A stretch of DNA of 64,000 nt from Cyclobacteriaceae bacterium (GTDB taxonomy: Bacteria > Bacteroidota > Bacteroidia > Cytophagales > Cyclobacteriaceae): contig DATHEL010000002.1 in the NCBI GenBank assembly GCA_035318625.1, positions 316,752 through 380,751 of the forward strand, given 5' to 3'. The translations under genes and the position numbers were made by a program. The notes below the pieces were generated by a model. That model ran no database searches, was not told where the DNA came from, and was given only the letters and a program-made list of their open reading frames with translations. Below, piece after piece: positions 8,790-17,205 of the stretch (positions within the stretch are counted from its first letter, which is position 1; the number at the start of each line of letters is the position of its first letter).

Positions 8790-10018
8790 CCTCCGAAAAG
8801 ATTTTGCTCGTCATTGTCGCGATCTCCGTTGCCGGATACCTGTTCGACCTTGTCCTCGAGATCCTCAATCTCAAAGCCCGGCGGACCGACATACCCGATG
8901 AGATCGCGCTGTTCTACGATCGTGAGAAATACCTGAAGTCGCTCGAATATCATCACGTAAGGACGAAGTTCTCGTTCCTCAGTGGTGGCTTCGGTTTCCT
9001 GTTATCGCTGGGCATGCTGTTGTCCGGGGGCTTCGGCTACGTCGATTCGTTGCTGCGTCCTTACATCCATAACGAGATACTGTTATCACTCGCCTTCTTC
9101 GGAGTTATCCTCCTCGTATCCGATATCCTCTCGCTGCCATTCCAGCTGTGGTCTACTTTCGTGATCGAAGAGCGATTTGGCTTCAACAAAACAACCAAGC
9201 AGACCTTCATCGCCGACAAGATCAAGGGTTACATCATCGGCAGCCTGGTTGGAGGTGCCTTGCTGGCATTGCTCATTGTACTCGTGAACAAGTTCGGTCC
9301 TGGCTTTTGGACCTGGTTCGCGGTGATCGCATCGGTCGTTGTTCTCACCATCAACATGTTCTATACTTCCTGGATATTGCCCTTGTTCAACAAGCTGACG
9401 ATCCTTCCACAGGGAGAGCTGAAGTCGGCAATAGAAAATTTCAGCCGGAAGGTGAGCTTCCCGCTCGACAACGTTTTTGTCATGGATGGTTCGAAACGTT
9501 CCAGCAAGGCGAATGCATTCTTCTCCGGGATCGGAAGAAAGAAAAAGATAGTCCTCTACGATACCCTGATCAATAATCACACAACGGAAGAGCTCGTGGC
9601 TGTACTGGCGCACGAGGTGGGGCATTTCAAGAAGAAACATATCATACTGAGCTTCGTGTTGTCCGTCATCCAGATCTTTTTTCTGCTGTTCGTGCTCTCG
9701 TTGATGATCTTCAATACGGATCTTTCCCTGGCCCTGGGCGGCACGCAGCAGGCAATCCATTTGAACCTGATCGCCTTTGCAATTTTGTTCTCACCTGTTT
9801 CCGGGATCACCGGCCTGCTGATGAGCTTGTTGAGCAGGAAGAACGAATACGAAGCGGACGCCTACGCGAAAGAAACGTACAACGGCGCAGCATTGAGCGC
9901 GGCGTTGAAACGCCTCTCGGTAGATACTTTGAGTAACCTGTACCCTCATCCTGCGTATGTCTTTTTTTACTACTCTCACCCTACGCTTTTACAGAGACTA
10001 ACCGCGTTGAAGGGGTAG
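8786..10018 (+). CDS. M48 family membrane metallopeptidase (Ste24/HtpX-like)
   Basis: Several TM segments, DGSKRSSKANAFF, HEVGH zinc motif, EYEADAY, HPTLLQR. Confidence 0.93.
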   Translation: MTSEKILLVIVAISVAGYLFDLVLEILNLKARRTDIPDEIALFYDREKYLKSLEYHHVRTKFSFLSGGFGFLLSLGMLLSGGFGYVDSLLRPYIHNEILLSLAFFGVILLVSDILSLPFQLWSTFVIEERFGFNKTTKQTFIADKIKGYIIGSLVGGALLALLIVLVNKFGPGFWTWFAVIASVVVLTINMFYTSWILPLFNKLTILPQGELKSAIENFSRKVSFPLDNVFVMDGSKRSSKANAFFSGIGRKKKIVLYDTLINNHTTEELVAVLAHEVGHFKKKHIILSFVLSVIQIFFLLFVLSLMIFNTDLSLALGGTQQAIHLNLIAFAILFSPVSGITGLLMSLLSRKNEYEADAYAKETYNGAALSAALKRLSVDTLSNLYPHPAYVFFYYSHPTLLQRLTALKG

Positions 10019-10031
10019 CTCAACGAAAGGG

Positions 10032-10190
10032 CAGTGCACTGTCCTATGAAAAGTCATCGCGCCTCATGCTATGAAATGCCAACATTACACGAAGAGCGGC
10101 GCGACCCCGTGGAAATCAAAAGTGCGGGAGCATTTCATAGCCACTCTCGTGTGACCATCCATGGGATCCCGGCCATTCCATAGGCAACTC
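10032..10190. ncRNA. Candidate structured RNA or repeat element (nested inverted repeats); family and strand unknown
   Basis: A 12-bp perfect stem gctatgaaatgc (10068-10079)/gcatttcatagc (10130-10141) plus outer stems 10043-10048/10179-10184 and 10053-10061/10148-10155. Confidence 0.25.
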
Positions 10191-10250
10191 AGTATTTTAT
10201 AGCCAGGGCGGGGATGACCACTTCGTAGAAAAATTTATCAAACTGATTGC

Positions 10251-10292
10251 GTAAGTAAATACTTACATATATATTTGTAAGCAGATACTTAC
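10251..10292 (+). promoter_or_regulatory. Twin palindromic operators flanking a Bacteroidota -7 promoter box (likely ArsR autoregulation)
   Basis: GTAAGTaaatACTTAC (10251-10266) and GTAAGcagataCTTAC (10277-10292), with TATATTTG (TAnnTTTG) at 10270-10277. Confidence 0.75.
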
Positions 10293-10309
10293 ATATAAAA
10301 CCAGACAAT

Positions 10310-10648
10310 ATGCAGACCCGAAGAGATGTCTTTCAGGCTATTTCTGATCCTACGCGCAGGGACATCATAAACCTGATCGCCTTTCAGTCGATGAACCTGA
10401 ATTCGATCGCTGAGAACTTCGATGTGAGCCGGCCGGCAATTTCCCAGCACATCAAGATCCTCATCGAATGCGGATTGGTGACCATCAAAAAACAGGGACG
10501 CGAACGATTTGCCGAAGCAACGCTCAAACCGCTCCACGCCATCACCGACTGGATCGAACCATTCCGGAGACATTTGGACGAACGCTATTCGGCGCTGGAT
10601 GAAGTACTGGAAGAGCTAAAAACGAAAAAAAAGAAACGAAGACATTAA
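10310..10648 (+). CDS. ArsR/SmtB family transcriptional regulator
   Basis: VFQAISDPTRRDI, SRPAISQHIKIL, KQGRER winged HTH. Confidence 0.93.
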   Translation: MQTRRDVFQAISDPTRRDIINLIAFQSMNLNSIAENFDVSRPAISQHIKILIECGLVTIKKQGRERFAEATLKPLHAITDWIEPFRRHLDERYSALDEVLEELKTKKKKRRH

Positions 10649-10689
10649 CAACCAATATCCAATTCCAATATCCGATAACCAATAATCTT

Positions 10690-11178
10690 ATGGCACAGAA
10701 AAACAATAAGACACAACTTACTGTCGAACCCGGAAAGCAAGAACTCATCGTTGTCAGGGAATTCGACGCACCACGCGAACTGGTATTCAAAGCTTTTACC
10801 GACAAGAAGCTGGTCGCCAAATGGCTCAGCCCGAAGAAGCTGAAGATAAAGATCCACAAGTTCGAACCGAGGACCGGCGGCTCATGGCACTACTCGCACA
10901 TCGATGAGAATGGAAACGAATATTCATTCCATGGCGTGAATCACGATGTAACAGCTCCGGAACGCATCATTCAGACTTTCGAATTCGACGGCCTTCCGGA
11001 AAAAGGACACGTTACCCTGGAGACCTCACGCTTTGAAGAGCTGCCTGGCAACCGTACCCGCCTGGTCAACCTGACGGTGTTCCAGACTGTCGCCGACCGC
11101 GACGGCATGGTGGCTGCAGGAATGGAAGGTGGGATGAACGAAGCGTATGACCAGCTCGATGCGCTGTTGGCATCTTAA
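10690..11178 (+). CDS. SRPBCC/AHSA1 (START-fold) ligand-binding protein
   Basis: REFDAPRELVFKAFTD...W, GGSWHY, PERIIQTFEF, GMEGG; the usual partner of this type of ArsR. Confidence 0.92.
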   Translation: MAQKNNKTQLTVEPGKQELIVVREFDAPRELVFKAFTDKKLVAKWLSPKKLKIKIHKFEPRTGGSWHYSHIDENGNEYSFHGVNHDVTAPERIIQTFEFDGLPEKGHVTLETSRFEELPGNRTRLVNLTVFQTVADRDGMVAAGMEGGMNEAYDQLDALLAS

Positions 11179-11179
11179 A

Positions 11180-11243
11180 GGTGCGATGTGCGGGGTGCGA
11201 GGTGCGACGAATGGAGTGGGCGAGATCATCGCATCTCGCACAT
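11180..11243. repeat. Heptamer-based hairpin (GGTGCGA units) between converging SRPBCC and tRNA genes
   Basis: atgtgcggggtgcga (11186-11200) pairs with tcgcatctcgcacat (11229-11243) with two G-U pairs. Confidence 0.65.
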
Positions 11244-11251
11244 TAAAAAAG

Positions 11252-11324
11252 AGCGGGAAACGAGGCTCGAACTCGCGACCCTCAGCTTGGGAAGCTGATG
11301 CTCTACCAACTGAGCTACTCCCGC
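11252..11324 (-). tRNA. tRNA-Gly (anticodon CCC), CCA not encoded
   Basis: Reverse complement reads GCGGGAGTAGCTCAGTTGGTAGAGCATCAGC-TTCCCAA-GCTGAGGGTCGCGAGTTCGAGCCTCGTTTCCCGCT, giving a complete cloverleaf. Confidence 0.97.
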
Positions 11325-11336
11325 TTGTTATGAATT

Positions 11337-11344
11337 CAAATGTA
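11337..11344 (-). promoter_or_regulatory. Bacteroidota -7 promoter box for tRNA-Gly
   Basis: TACATTTG on the minus strand, 12 nt upstream of the tRNA 5' end. Confidence 0.6.
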
Positions 11345-11356
11345 TCGATTTTCGGA

Positions 11357-11776
11357 TTATACTCCCGTCTTGGTAACTACGATGATCAAAAAACCTGTCA
11401 GTAAAATTCCAAGCTCCAGTATCGTGGCCCAATATTTTGCAACGAAGGGGACATTCCTCCGAAGCCAGTTTGCTTTCTTGGACTGGTCGCCTGCCATAGC
11501 CTGCCGGTGCTGTTGCTCTTTGCGCTCGGCCGTTCGCTTATCGCTATTTGCTTCTTTTAGATAGTCCGGCCGGAAGACCAGTGCAAATATCCAGGCGCCG
11601 TAAATAATCACTCCGATAAGGATCTTCAGTCCGCCGAAGCACACGGCCGCCATTCCAAGGATGCTCAGGAAACTGGTATTGAATGTCCAGAAAAAGAGGT
11701 AGCCCATTGACGCGAAGGCTAGACCGATGACGATGTGTTCAAAAAAAGGTGTGGCTTTTTGGAGGAAAGAACTCAT
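11357..11776 (-). CDS. Hypothetical small membrane protein (about 139 aa)
   Basis: The ATG at 11776 (MSSFLQK...) gives two or three hydrophobic segments, a charged linker and a C-terminal TM segment. The ORF-track extension to 11872 looks non-coding. Confidence 0.6.
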   Translation of the reverse strand: MSSFLQKATPFFEHIVIGLAFASMGYLFFWTFNTSFLSILGMAAVCFGGLKILIGVIIYGAWIFALVFRPDYLKEANSDKRTAERKEQQHRQAMAGDQSKKANWLRRNVPFVAKYWATILELGILLTGFLIIVVTKTGV

Positions 11777-12048
11777 GCAGGGCTGGGCCGTAGTACGGGC
11801 TTTATTCTTGTTAAAGCCGAATGGTAAACGCGGGCAAATATCTGGTTTAAAAGTGACTTCTCCGAAGGGCACCGAAGCCCCCGGAATCGTTGCGGCTCAC
11901 TTTCGTCTCGTGTTGATACAGATTGTGCAAAATTGGGAGCCCCGGCCTCATCCAGTTAAGAAATCTGCACCCTGATGGCAATATTTTCTATATTTAGTGT
12001 ACCTAAAATCCCCGGCCCGCGACTTGTAATACGCGGCTAAAATTTGCT

Positions 12049-12669
12049 TTGAAGAGAACAGTTGTTGTTTTTTTACTCATTGGCATATTTTCAGCCATTG
12101 CCTGCTTATTCTGGTTCCAGGGTATGCGATACCTTCTGCCTACGCCGGTGCCTGAAAACTACCAGGTGGTTCTTCCCAACGAGGTGATTCGCTACGATAG
12201 CGCCCTGCTACCGCAACAATATCCGCGACCCAAGCTCCTGCATTTTTTTAACCCCGATTGTCCCTGCTCCCGATTCAACATTAAACACTTTCAGTCGCTT
12301 GAAAAACAATATGGCAGCAAAGTGGACTTTTTCGTCGTCGTTGTAAGCAATGAAAAAGTAAGATCGGCAAAAAGGCTGATTGGAACGGATATAAAAATAT
12401 TGGTAGACCAAGGTGAGAAGCTTGCAAAGGCATGCGGGGTGTACTCGACGCCTCAGGCAGCCGTCATCCAAAAAACCAATCAACTCTACTATCGCGGCAA
12501 CTACAACCGGTCGAGGTATTGCACCGATAAGAACAGCAACTACGTACAGATGGCCCTGGATTCGCTGATGGAAATAAAAGGCCCGCCTCAGTTCAGCCAG
12601 CTGGCCACCCAGTCGTATGGATGCGGCATCTCGACTGACAAAGAAGACAGTTTTTTCGGACTGCCATGA
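12049..12669 (+). CDS. Membrane-anchored thioredoxin/AhpC-like fold protein (DUF6436-like)
   Basis: N-terminal TM segment, FFNPDCPCSRF, TPQAAVI (cis-Pro loop), LYYRG, and C-terminal YGC. TTG start. Confidence 0.75.
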   Translation: MKRTVVVFLLIGIFSAIACLFWFQGMRYLLPTPVPENYQVVLPNEVIRYDSALLPQQYPRPKLLHFFNPDCPCSRFNIKHFQSLEKQYGSKVDFFVVVVSNEKVRSAKRLIGTDIKILVDQGEKLAKACGVYSTPQAAVIQKTNQLYYRGNYNRSRYCTDKNSNYVQMALDSLMEIKGPPQFSQLATQSYGCGISTDKEDSFFGLP

Positions 12670-13631
12670 ATCACGAACAGAACGCGACTGATTTCGCCTT
12701 GAGCCGGGAAGAAATAACCCATCTCTATCAGGGCATTCATGCCAGGGCTGACAAGCTTACGGAAGGGGTGCTGTACATTATGTTTGCCTTTGGCATTTGT
12801 ATAGCCTTTTTCTACGATACGTGGCTAATAGCGTTCGGCGTTGGCGGACTTTGTCTGGCAGCCTACTACGTTAGCAAGCATTTCCTTCCCGGGTCGAACC
12901 TGTATCAATACATCCTTAGCGCCGTCTCGGCGATCCTGGCCGCCCAATACATTTATCAAATGCATGGAATGGCTGAAATGCATTTCTGGGTATTTATTAG
13001 CTCTACGATATTGATCATTTATCAAAATTGGAAATTGCAAATACCCCTGATCGTACTCGTCGTCGTTCATCATGGATCATTTGCATACCTGCAGTATATC
13101 GGGTACAAAGAGATCTATTTCACACAACTCAACTACATGGATCTCACGACGTTCTTCTTCCATGGTATTCTGGCTTCGTGCGTGTGTCTTGTCTCCGCCA
13201 TTTGGAGCGCAAACATCCATAACCGGACGATGCACGATGCCCAGAACCTTAAAATGATGACTCAACTGCAGTCAGAGCTGCGACAAAAGAATGAGGAGCT
13301 CAGTGCATCGGAAGAAGAGTTGGTGGCTTCCTCCGAGGAACTCCGCCAGATCAATGACAACCTGAACATGCTGGTCGAAAACCGGACGCAAGTGATCATC
13401 GATCAAAACAAAAAGCTCGTCAATTACGCGTTCACAAGCGCACACAAGGTCCGAAGTCCGCTCGCAAGGATCCTTGGTCTGGTAAACCTGATCAGCCACG
13501 AAATCTCCCTAACAGAAAAGGGAAAGGAGCTCAACAACCATCTTCATATATCTGCCAACGAGCTCGACGATATGCTGCGGGATGCCAGACGCAACCTCGA
13601 CGAGTCGGATATTGACCCCAGTCAGAGGTAA
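12666..13631 (+). CDS. Multi-TM sensor protein with a coiled coil and C-terminal HisKA/H-box but no HATPase domain
   Basis: About 5-6 TM segments with MHF, YQNW, VHH and FFHG; coiled coil NEELSASEEELVASSEELRQINDNL; AHKVRSPLARILGL; stop about 55 aa later with no N/G boxes. Confidence 0.8.
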   Translation: MNHEQNATDFALSREEITHLYQGIHARADKLTEGVLYIMFAFGICIAFFYDTWLIAFGVGGLCLAAYYVSKHFLPGSNLYQYILSAVSAILAAQYIYQMHGMAEMHFWVFISSTILIIYQNWKLQIPLIVLVVVHHGSFAYLQYIGYKEIYFTQLNYMDLTTFFFHGILASCVCLVSAIWSANIHNRTMHDAQNLKMMTQLQSELRQKNEELSASEEELVASSEELRQINDNLNMLVENRTQVIIDQNKKLVNYAFTSAHKVRSPLARILGLVNLISHEISLTEKGKELNNHLHISANELDDMLRDARRNLDESDIDPSQR

Positions 13632-13773
13632 TACCTCAAGTCGTGTTTTCACGACGGCTGAATAAATCCCTTAGCAGCCCTGTAATTCTTAAAACCCGTA
13701 GTTTTTATTACGTCCAGCACCCCGCGAATGCGTTTTTTGAGCGAAATAACGCCGCTATTTCCTAAATTCCTGA

Positions 13774-16700
13774 ATGAAAAATACGCGGCGTTCGCTCAAG
13801 GAGAGGTATACAATTTTCATCGCATCTATAATCTTCATCATCATCGCCATCCAGGCTGTCGTCCAGTACGACCTCGATCAGCAAACGGAAGACGCCAAGC
13901 TGATCAACATCGCCGGCCGGCAAAGGACGCTCAGCCAGCGCATTGCAAAACTGATGATGTACATCGAGAAAGACGTCGACCAAGTGGGCGCTCCGAATCC
14001 CGAACGGCACCAGATCGACACCCTGCGAAAGGCCGTCAACGAATGGAAGAGCGTTCATCATTTCCTCTCCGACCGTGCCGAAGCAGGCCAAGACAGCCCG
14101 ATGGTCGACTCTCTTCTTCAGGTCAGCGGCAAATACATAGAAACCATCGCCGCCGTGTGTGAAGTTGTTTTCGACAAGCCCGACGCCACCAACGTATATG
14201 CCGCGACAAAGGAGATAGCCAGCACGGAGATCTTCTTCCTGCTCACGATGGAACGTACCGTGAATCAATATCAGCGTGAAGCCGAAGACAAGCTGAGTAC
14301 CCTCAAGCGGATCGAGCTGATCCTGTCGGGCGTAGCATTGGTCGTCATCATTCTCGAATTCATTTTCTTTTTCCTTCCGACGCTCAACAAGCTTCGCAAC
14401 AACAACGCGAAGCTGTCGAAGCTGAACAGGAGGCTAGTCACGTCGAATAGTCACCTGGCCGCGTCTGAGGAAGAGATCCGTACACACCTCGAGCAGATCA
14501 GTGAGCTTCAGATCATCGTCGAGGCAAGAGAACGGCAGTTGCGTGAGCTGGTGGAGACTGCTACCGATATGATCTATGAGCTCGACGAAGCGGGAAAGTT
14601 CTCCTATGTCAACCCCGTCCTGGAGAGCGTCACCGGGTACACTCAGAAAGAGCTCCTGACGAAACAATACTGGGACGTGGTTCATCCCGACGAGAGAAAA
14701 CAAGTGGTCGCTTTCTATATCGATCAACGGAACACGCGCAAAGAGACCAGCTCGCTCCGGTTTCGTATCGTCACCAAAGCCGGAAAGCTACTGTGGGTCG
14801 ATCAGAATGTGAGAATGTTCTTCAAGGATAAGTGGGCATATAAAGTAAACGTTGTCGCGCGCGACGTCACCAGGCTCCGCGAAGCAGAGATGCGCGTTGC
14901 CGAAAGCGAGCATCTCTTCAGGACACTTGCCGAAAACGCCCCGGTAGGGATCTTCCAGGCTGACACGACGGGCAAATGTATTTACGTGAACAAACGCTGG
15001 TGCAAGGTCAGCGGCCTCACCGAAGAACAGTCTCTCCAAGACGGATGGATGGCCGCTATGGCACCCGGCGACCGGGAGAAAATGGTCACGGAGTGGACCA
15101 GTGCCGTGGGCAGCAACCGGGAGTTTGAGATGGAGCTGAAGTTTCAAACTCCAAGCGCCACCGAGCCCGAAACCTGGGTAAACGCACGCGCAGTTTCCCT
15201 TGTTGACGATAAAGGCAAAATCACGGGTTTCCTGGGCACCGTGATCGACATTACCGCCCTTAAATCAACCCAGCATAAGCTCGCCGAAAGTGAAAAGTTG
15301 TACCGACTGCTGGCCACCAATTCGAAAGACCTCATTACACTGTATCGCGCCGACGATCATGCGACGCGCGTATTCATCTCCCCTTCCGTGACCGACATAC
15401 TTGGATATTCACCCGAGGAGCTCATCGGAAAATCACCGTTCGACATCATCGTGGATGACGATGCGAAACGGATGCAGTCTGAAACGCACCGCGTAACCCT
15501 CAGTGGACGTCCTGCAGCCGTCGAGTACCGGATACGGAAAAAAGACGGGTCGATCATCTGGTTGGAATCCAACTCCCATCCTTTCTTCGACAACGACGGG
15601 AACATGATCGGCTTCCAGACATCGGCAAGGGACGTCACCTTGCGAAAGGAATTCCAGCACGAGCTGATCCTCGCCAAGGAACGGGCCGAAGATGCCACTA
15701 AAATAAAGAGTCAGTTCCTCAGCATGATGAGTCATGAGATCCGTACCCCGATGAATGCCATCATCGGCCTTTCCAATCTCCTCCTCGACGACGACCCCAG
15801 GCCGGATCAGGTCGACAGTCTCGAGCTGCTCCGGTTCTCCGGGCACAACCTCCTTGCAATCCTCAACGACATTCTCGACTTCTCCAAGATCGAAGCCAAT
15901 AAGATCACCCTCGAACACATTGACTTCGATCTCGAATTGTCGATCGAAAACATTGTGAAGATGATGCTACCGAAAGGCGAAGAGAAAAGCATTTCGATCG
16001 AATACTCTTTCGATCCGCGCCTTCCCAGGGAAGTAAAAGCCGACCCGGTAAGGCTCAGTCAGGTCATGACAAACCTCATCAGCAACGCAGTCAAATTCAC
16101 TGAAAAGGGCGGCGTGACAGTTGAAGTGAGACACGGGGTGCCGAGCCAGCAATTGAATGGCCTCGAATATTTCTTTTACGATTTCAGGATCAAAGACAGC
16201 GGCATCGGTATTCCCGACGACAAGCTCAAGTCCATCTTCGAAAGTTTCTCGCAGGCAGCGAGCGACACCACGCGCAAGTTTGGCGGAACGGGATTGGGCC
16301 TCACCATCACCCGGCGATTGATCAACCTGATGGGAAGCGACATCCAGGTCACCAGTAAGCTCGGGGAAGGATCCGACTTTCATTTCACCCTGAAGCTGGA
16401 AAAAGGAAAGGTGATAAGGCAAACGCCCAAAGAAACCGACAAGGCAAAGAATCTCCTCAAAGACCGGAACATCTTAATCCTGCTGGTGGAAGACAACCGG
16501 GTGAACCAGGTGGTGGCCACCAATTTCTTCCGTCGGTGGGGTGTTCAGTACGATGTGGCGAACAATGGCCGCGAGGCTGTCGAAATGGTCACCAAAAAGA
16601 TGTACGATATGGTGTTCATGGACCTGCAGATGCCTGAGATGGACGGCTACCAGGCTACGCATGCCATCCGGCAGATGAGTGATTCATATTTCAAAAAGCT

Positions 16701-17205
16701 TCCTATTGTGGCGCTCACGGCATCCGCCATGACGAGTATGCGCGACAAGGTGATGGCCTCGGGTATGACCGACTTCATGACCAAGCCGTTCCAGCCCGAA
16801 GAACTCCAGCAGATTATTCATAAATACACAACTCCCGAAAAATCTGCAGACATGGTCAGTTCCATTTCCGACAGCCTCGACATGTACACCGAAGGCAACC
16901 TGGATTTCAAAAAAGAGCTGATCGGTCACCTGATGAAGAACATCGAAGAGCTGCGATCGTCACTGACTATATCGATCAAAGAAAAAAACCCGGTAACATT
17001 CCATTCGGCAGCCCACAAATGCAAGACTACGCTGACCATGCTCGGTGACCACGAGCTGTTGACGGTGGTTGAAGAAGTGAAGCAGGCGCTCGAAGAACAA
17101 CGCAATGGCGCGTTGAGCACGATCCTCGATCAGAAGTTCACGAAGCTTGTGAAAGAAACTATGGATGGTCTGACCGAAGAGCTGGCGAGTATCAAGACAC
17201 GCTAG
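13774..17205 (+). CDS. Hybrid histidine kinase: NarX/PilJ-type periplasmic sensor, 3 PAS, HisKA, HATPase, REC, HPt
   Basis: INIAGRQRTLSQRIAK between two TM segments; three PAS/PAC repeats; SHEIRTPMN; NLISNAVKF; DSGIGI; GGTGLGL; FMDLQMPEMDG; AHKCKTT. Confidence 0.95.
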   Translation: MKNTRRSLKERYTIFIASIIFIIIAIQAVVQYDLDQQTEDAKLINIAGRQRTLSQRIAKLMMYIEKDVDQVGAPNPERHQIDTLRKAVNEWKSVHHFLSDRAEAGQDSPMVDSLLQVSGKYIETIAAVCEVVFDKPDATNVYAATKEIASTEIFFLLTMERTVNQYQREAEDKLSTLKRIELILSGVALVVIILEFIFFFLPTLNKLRNNNAKLSKLNRRLVTSNSHLAASEEEIRTHLEQISELQIIVEARERQLRELVETATDMIYELDEAGKFSYVNPVLESVTGYTQKELLTKQYWDVVHPDERKQVVAFYIDQRNTRKETSSLRFRIVTKAGKLLWVDQNVRMFFKDKWAYKVNVVARDVTRLREAEMRVAESEHLFRTLAENAPVGIFQADTTGKCIYVNKRWCKVSGLTEEQSLQDGWMAAMAPGDREKMVTEWTSAVGSNREFEMELKFQTPSATEPETWVNARAVSLVDDKGKITGFLGTVIDITALKSTQHKLAESEKLYRLLATNSKDLITLYRADDHATRVFISPSVTDILGYSPEELIGKSPFDIIVDDDAKRMQSETHRVTLSGRPAAVEYRIRKKDGSIIWLESNSHPFFDNDGNMIGFQTSARDVTLRKEFQHELILAKERAEDATKIKSQFLSMMSHEIRTPMNAIIGLSNLLLDDDPRPDQVDSLELLRFSGHNLLAILNDILDFSKIEANKITLEHIDFDLELSIENIVKMMLPKGEEKSISIEYSFDPRLPREVKADPVRLSQVMTNLISNAVKFTEKGGVTVEVRHGVPSQQLNGLEYFFYDFRIKDSGIGIPDDKLKSIFESFSQAASDTTRKFGGTGLGLTITRRLINLMGSDIQVTSKLGEGSDFHFTLKLEKGKVIRQTPKETDKAKNLLKDRNILILLVEDNRVNQVVATNFFRRWGVQYDVANNGREAVEMVTKKMYDMVFMDLQMPEMDGYQATHAIRQMSDSYFKKLPIVALTASAMTSMRDKVMASGMTDFMTKPFQPEELQQIIHKYTTPEKSADMVSSISDSLDMYTEGNLDFKKELIGHLMKNIEELRSSLTISIKEKNPVTFHSAAHKCKTTLTMLGDHELLTVVEEVKQALEEQRNGALSTILDQKFTKLVKETMDGLTEELASIKTR

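Noticed and set aside
10046-10183. 45-aa ORF (MKSHRASCYEMPTLH...) in the structured intergenic region
   Set aside because: It has no recognisable motif or membrane segment; the inverted repeats are better explained at RNA or DNA level. Not fully excluded.
11252-17205. Genomic island integrated at tRNA-Gly
   Set aside because: No integrase is present and I found no duplicated tRNA 3' end; the signalling genes lie on the 5' side of the tRNA.
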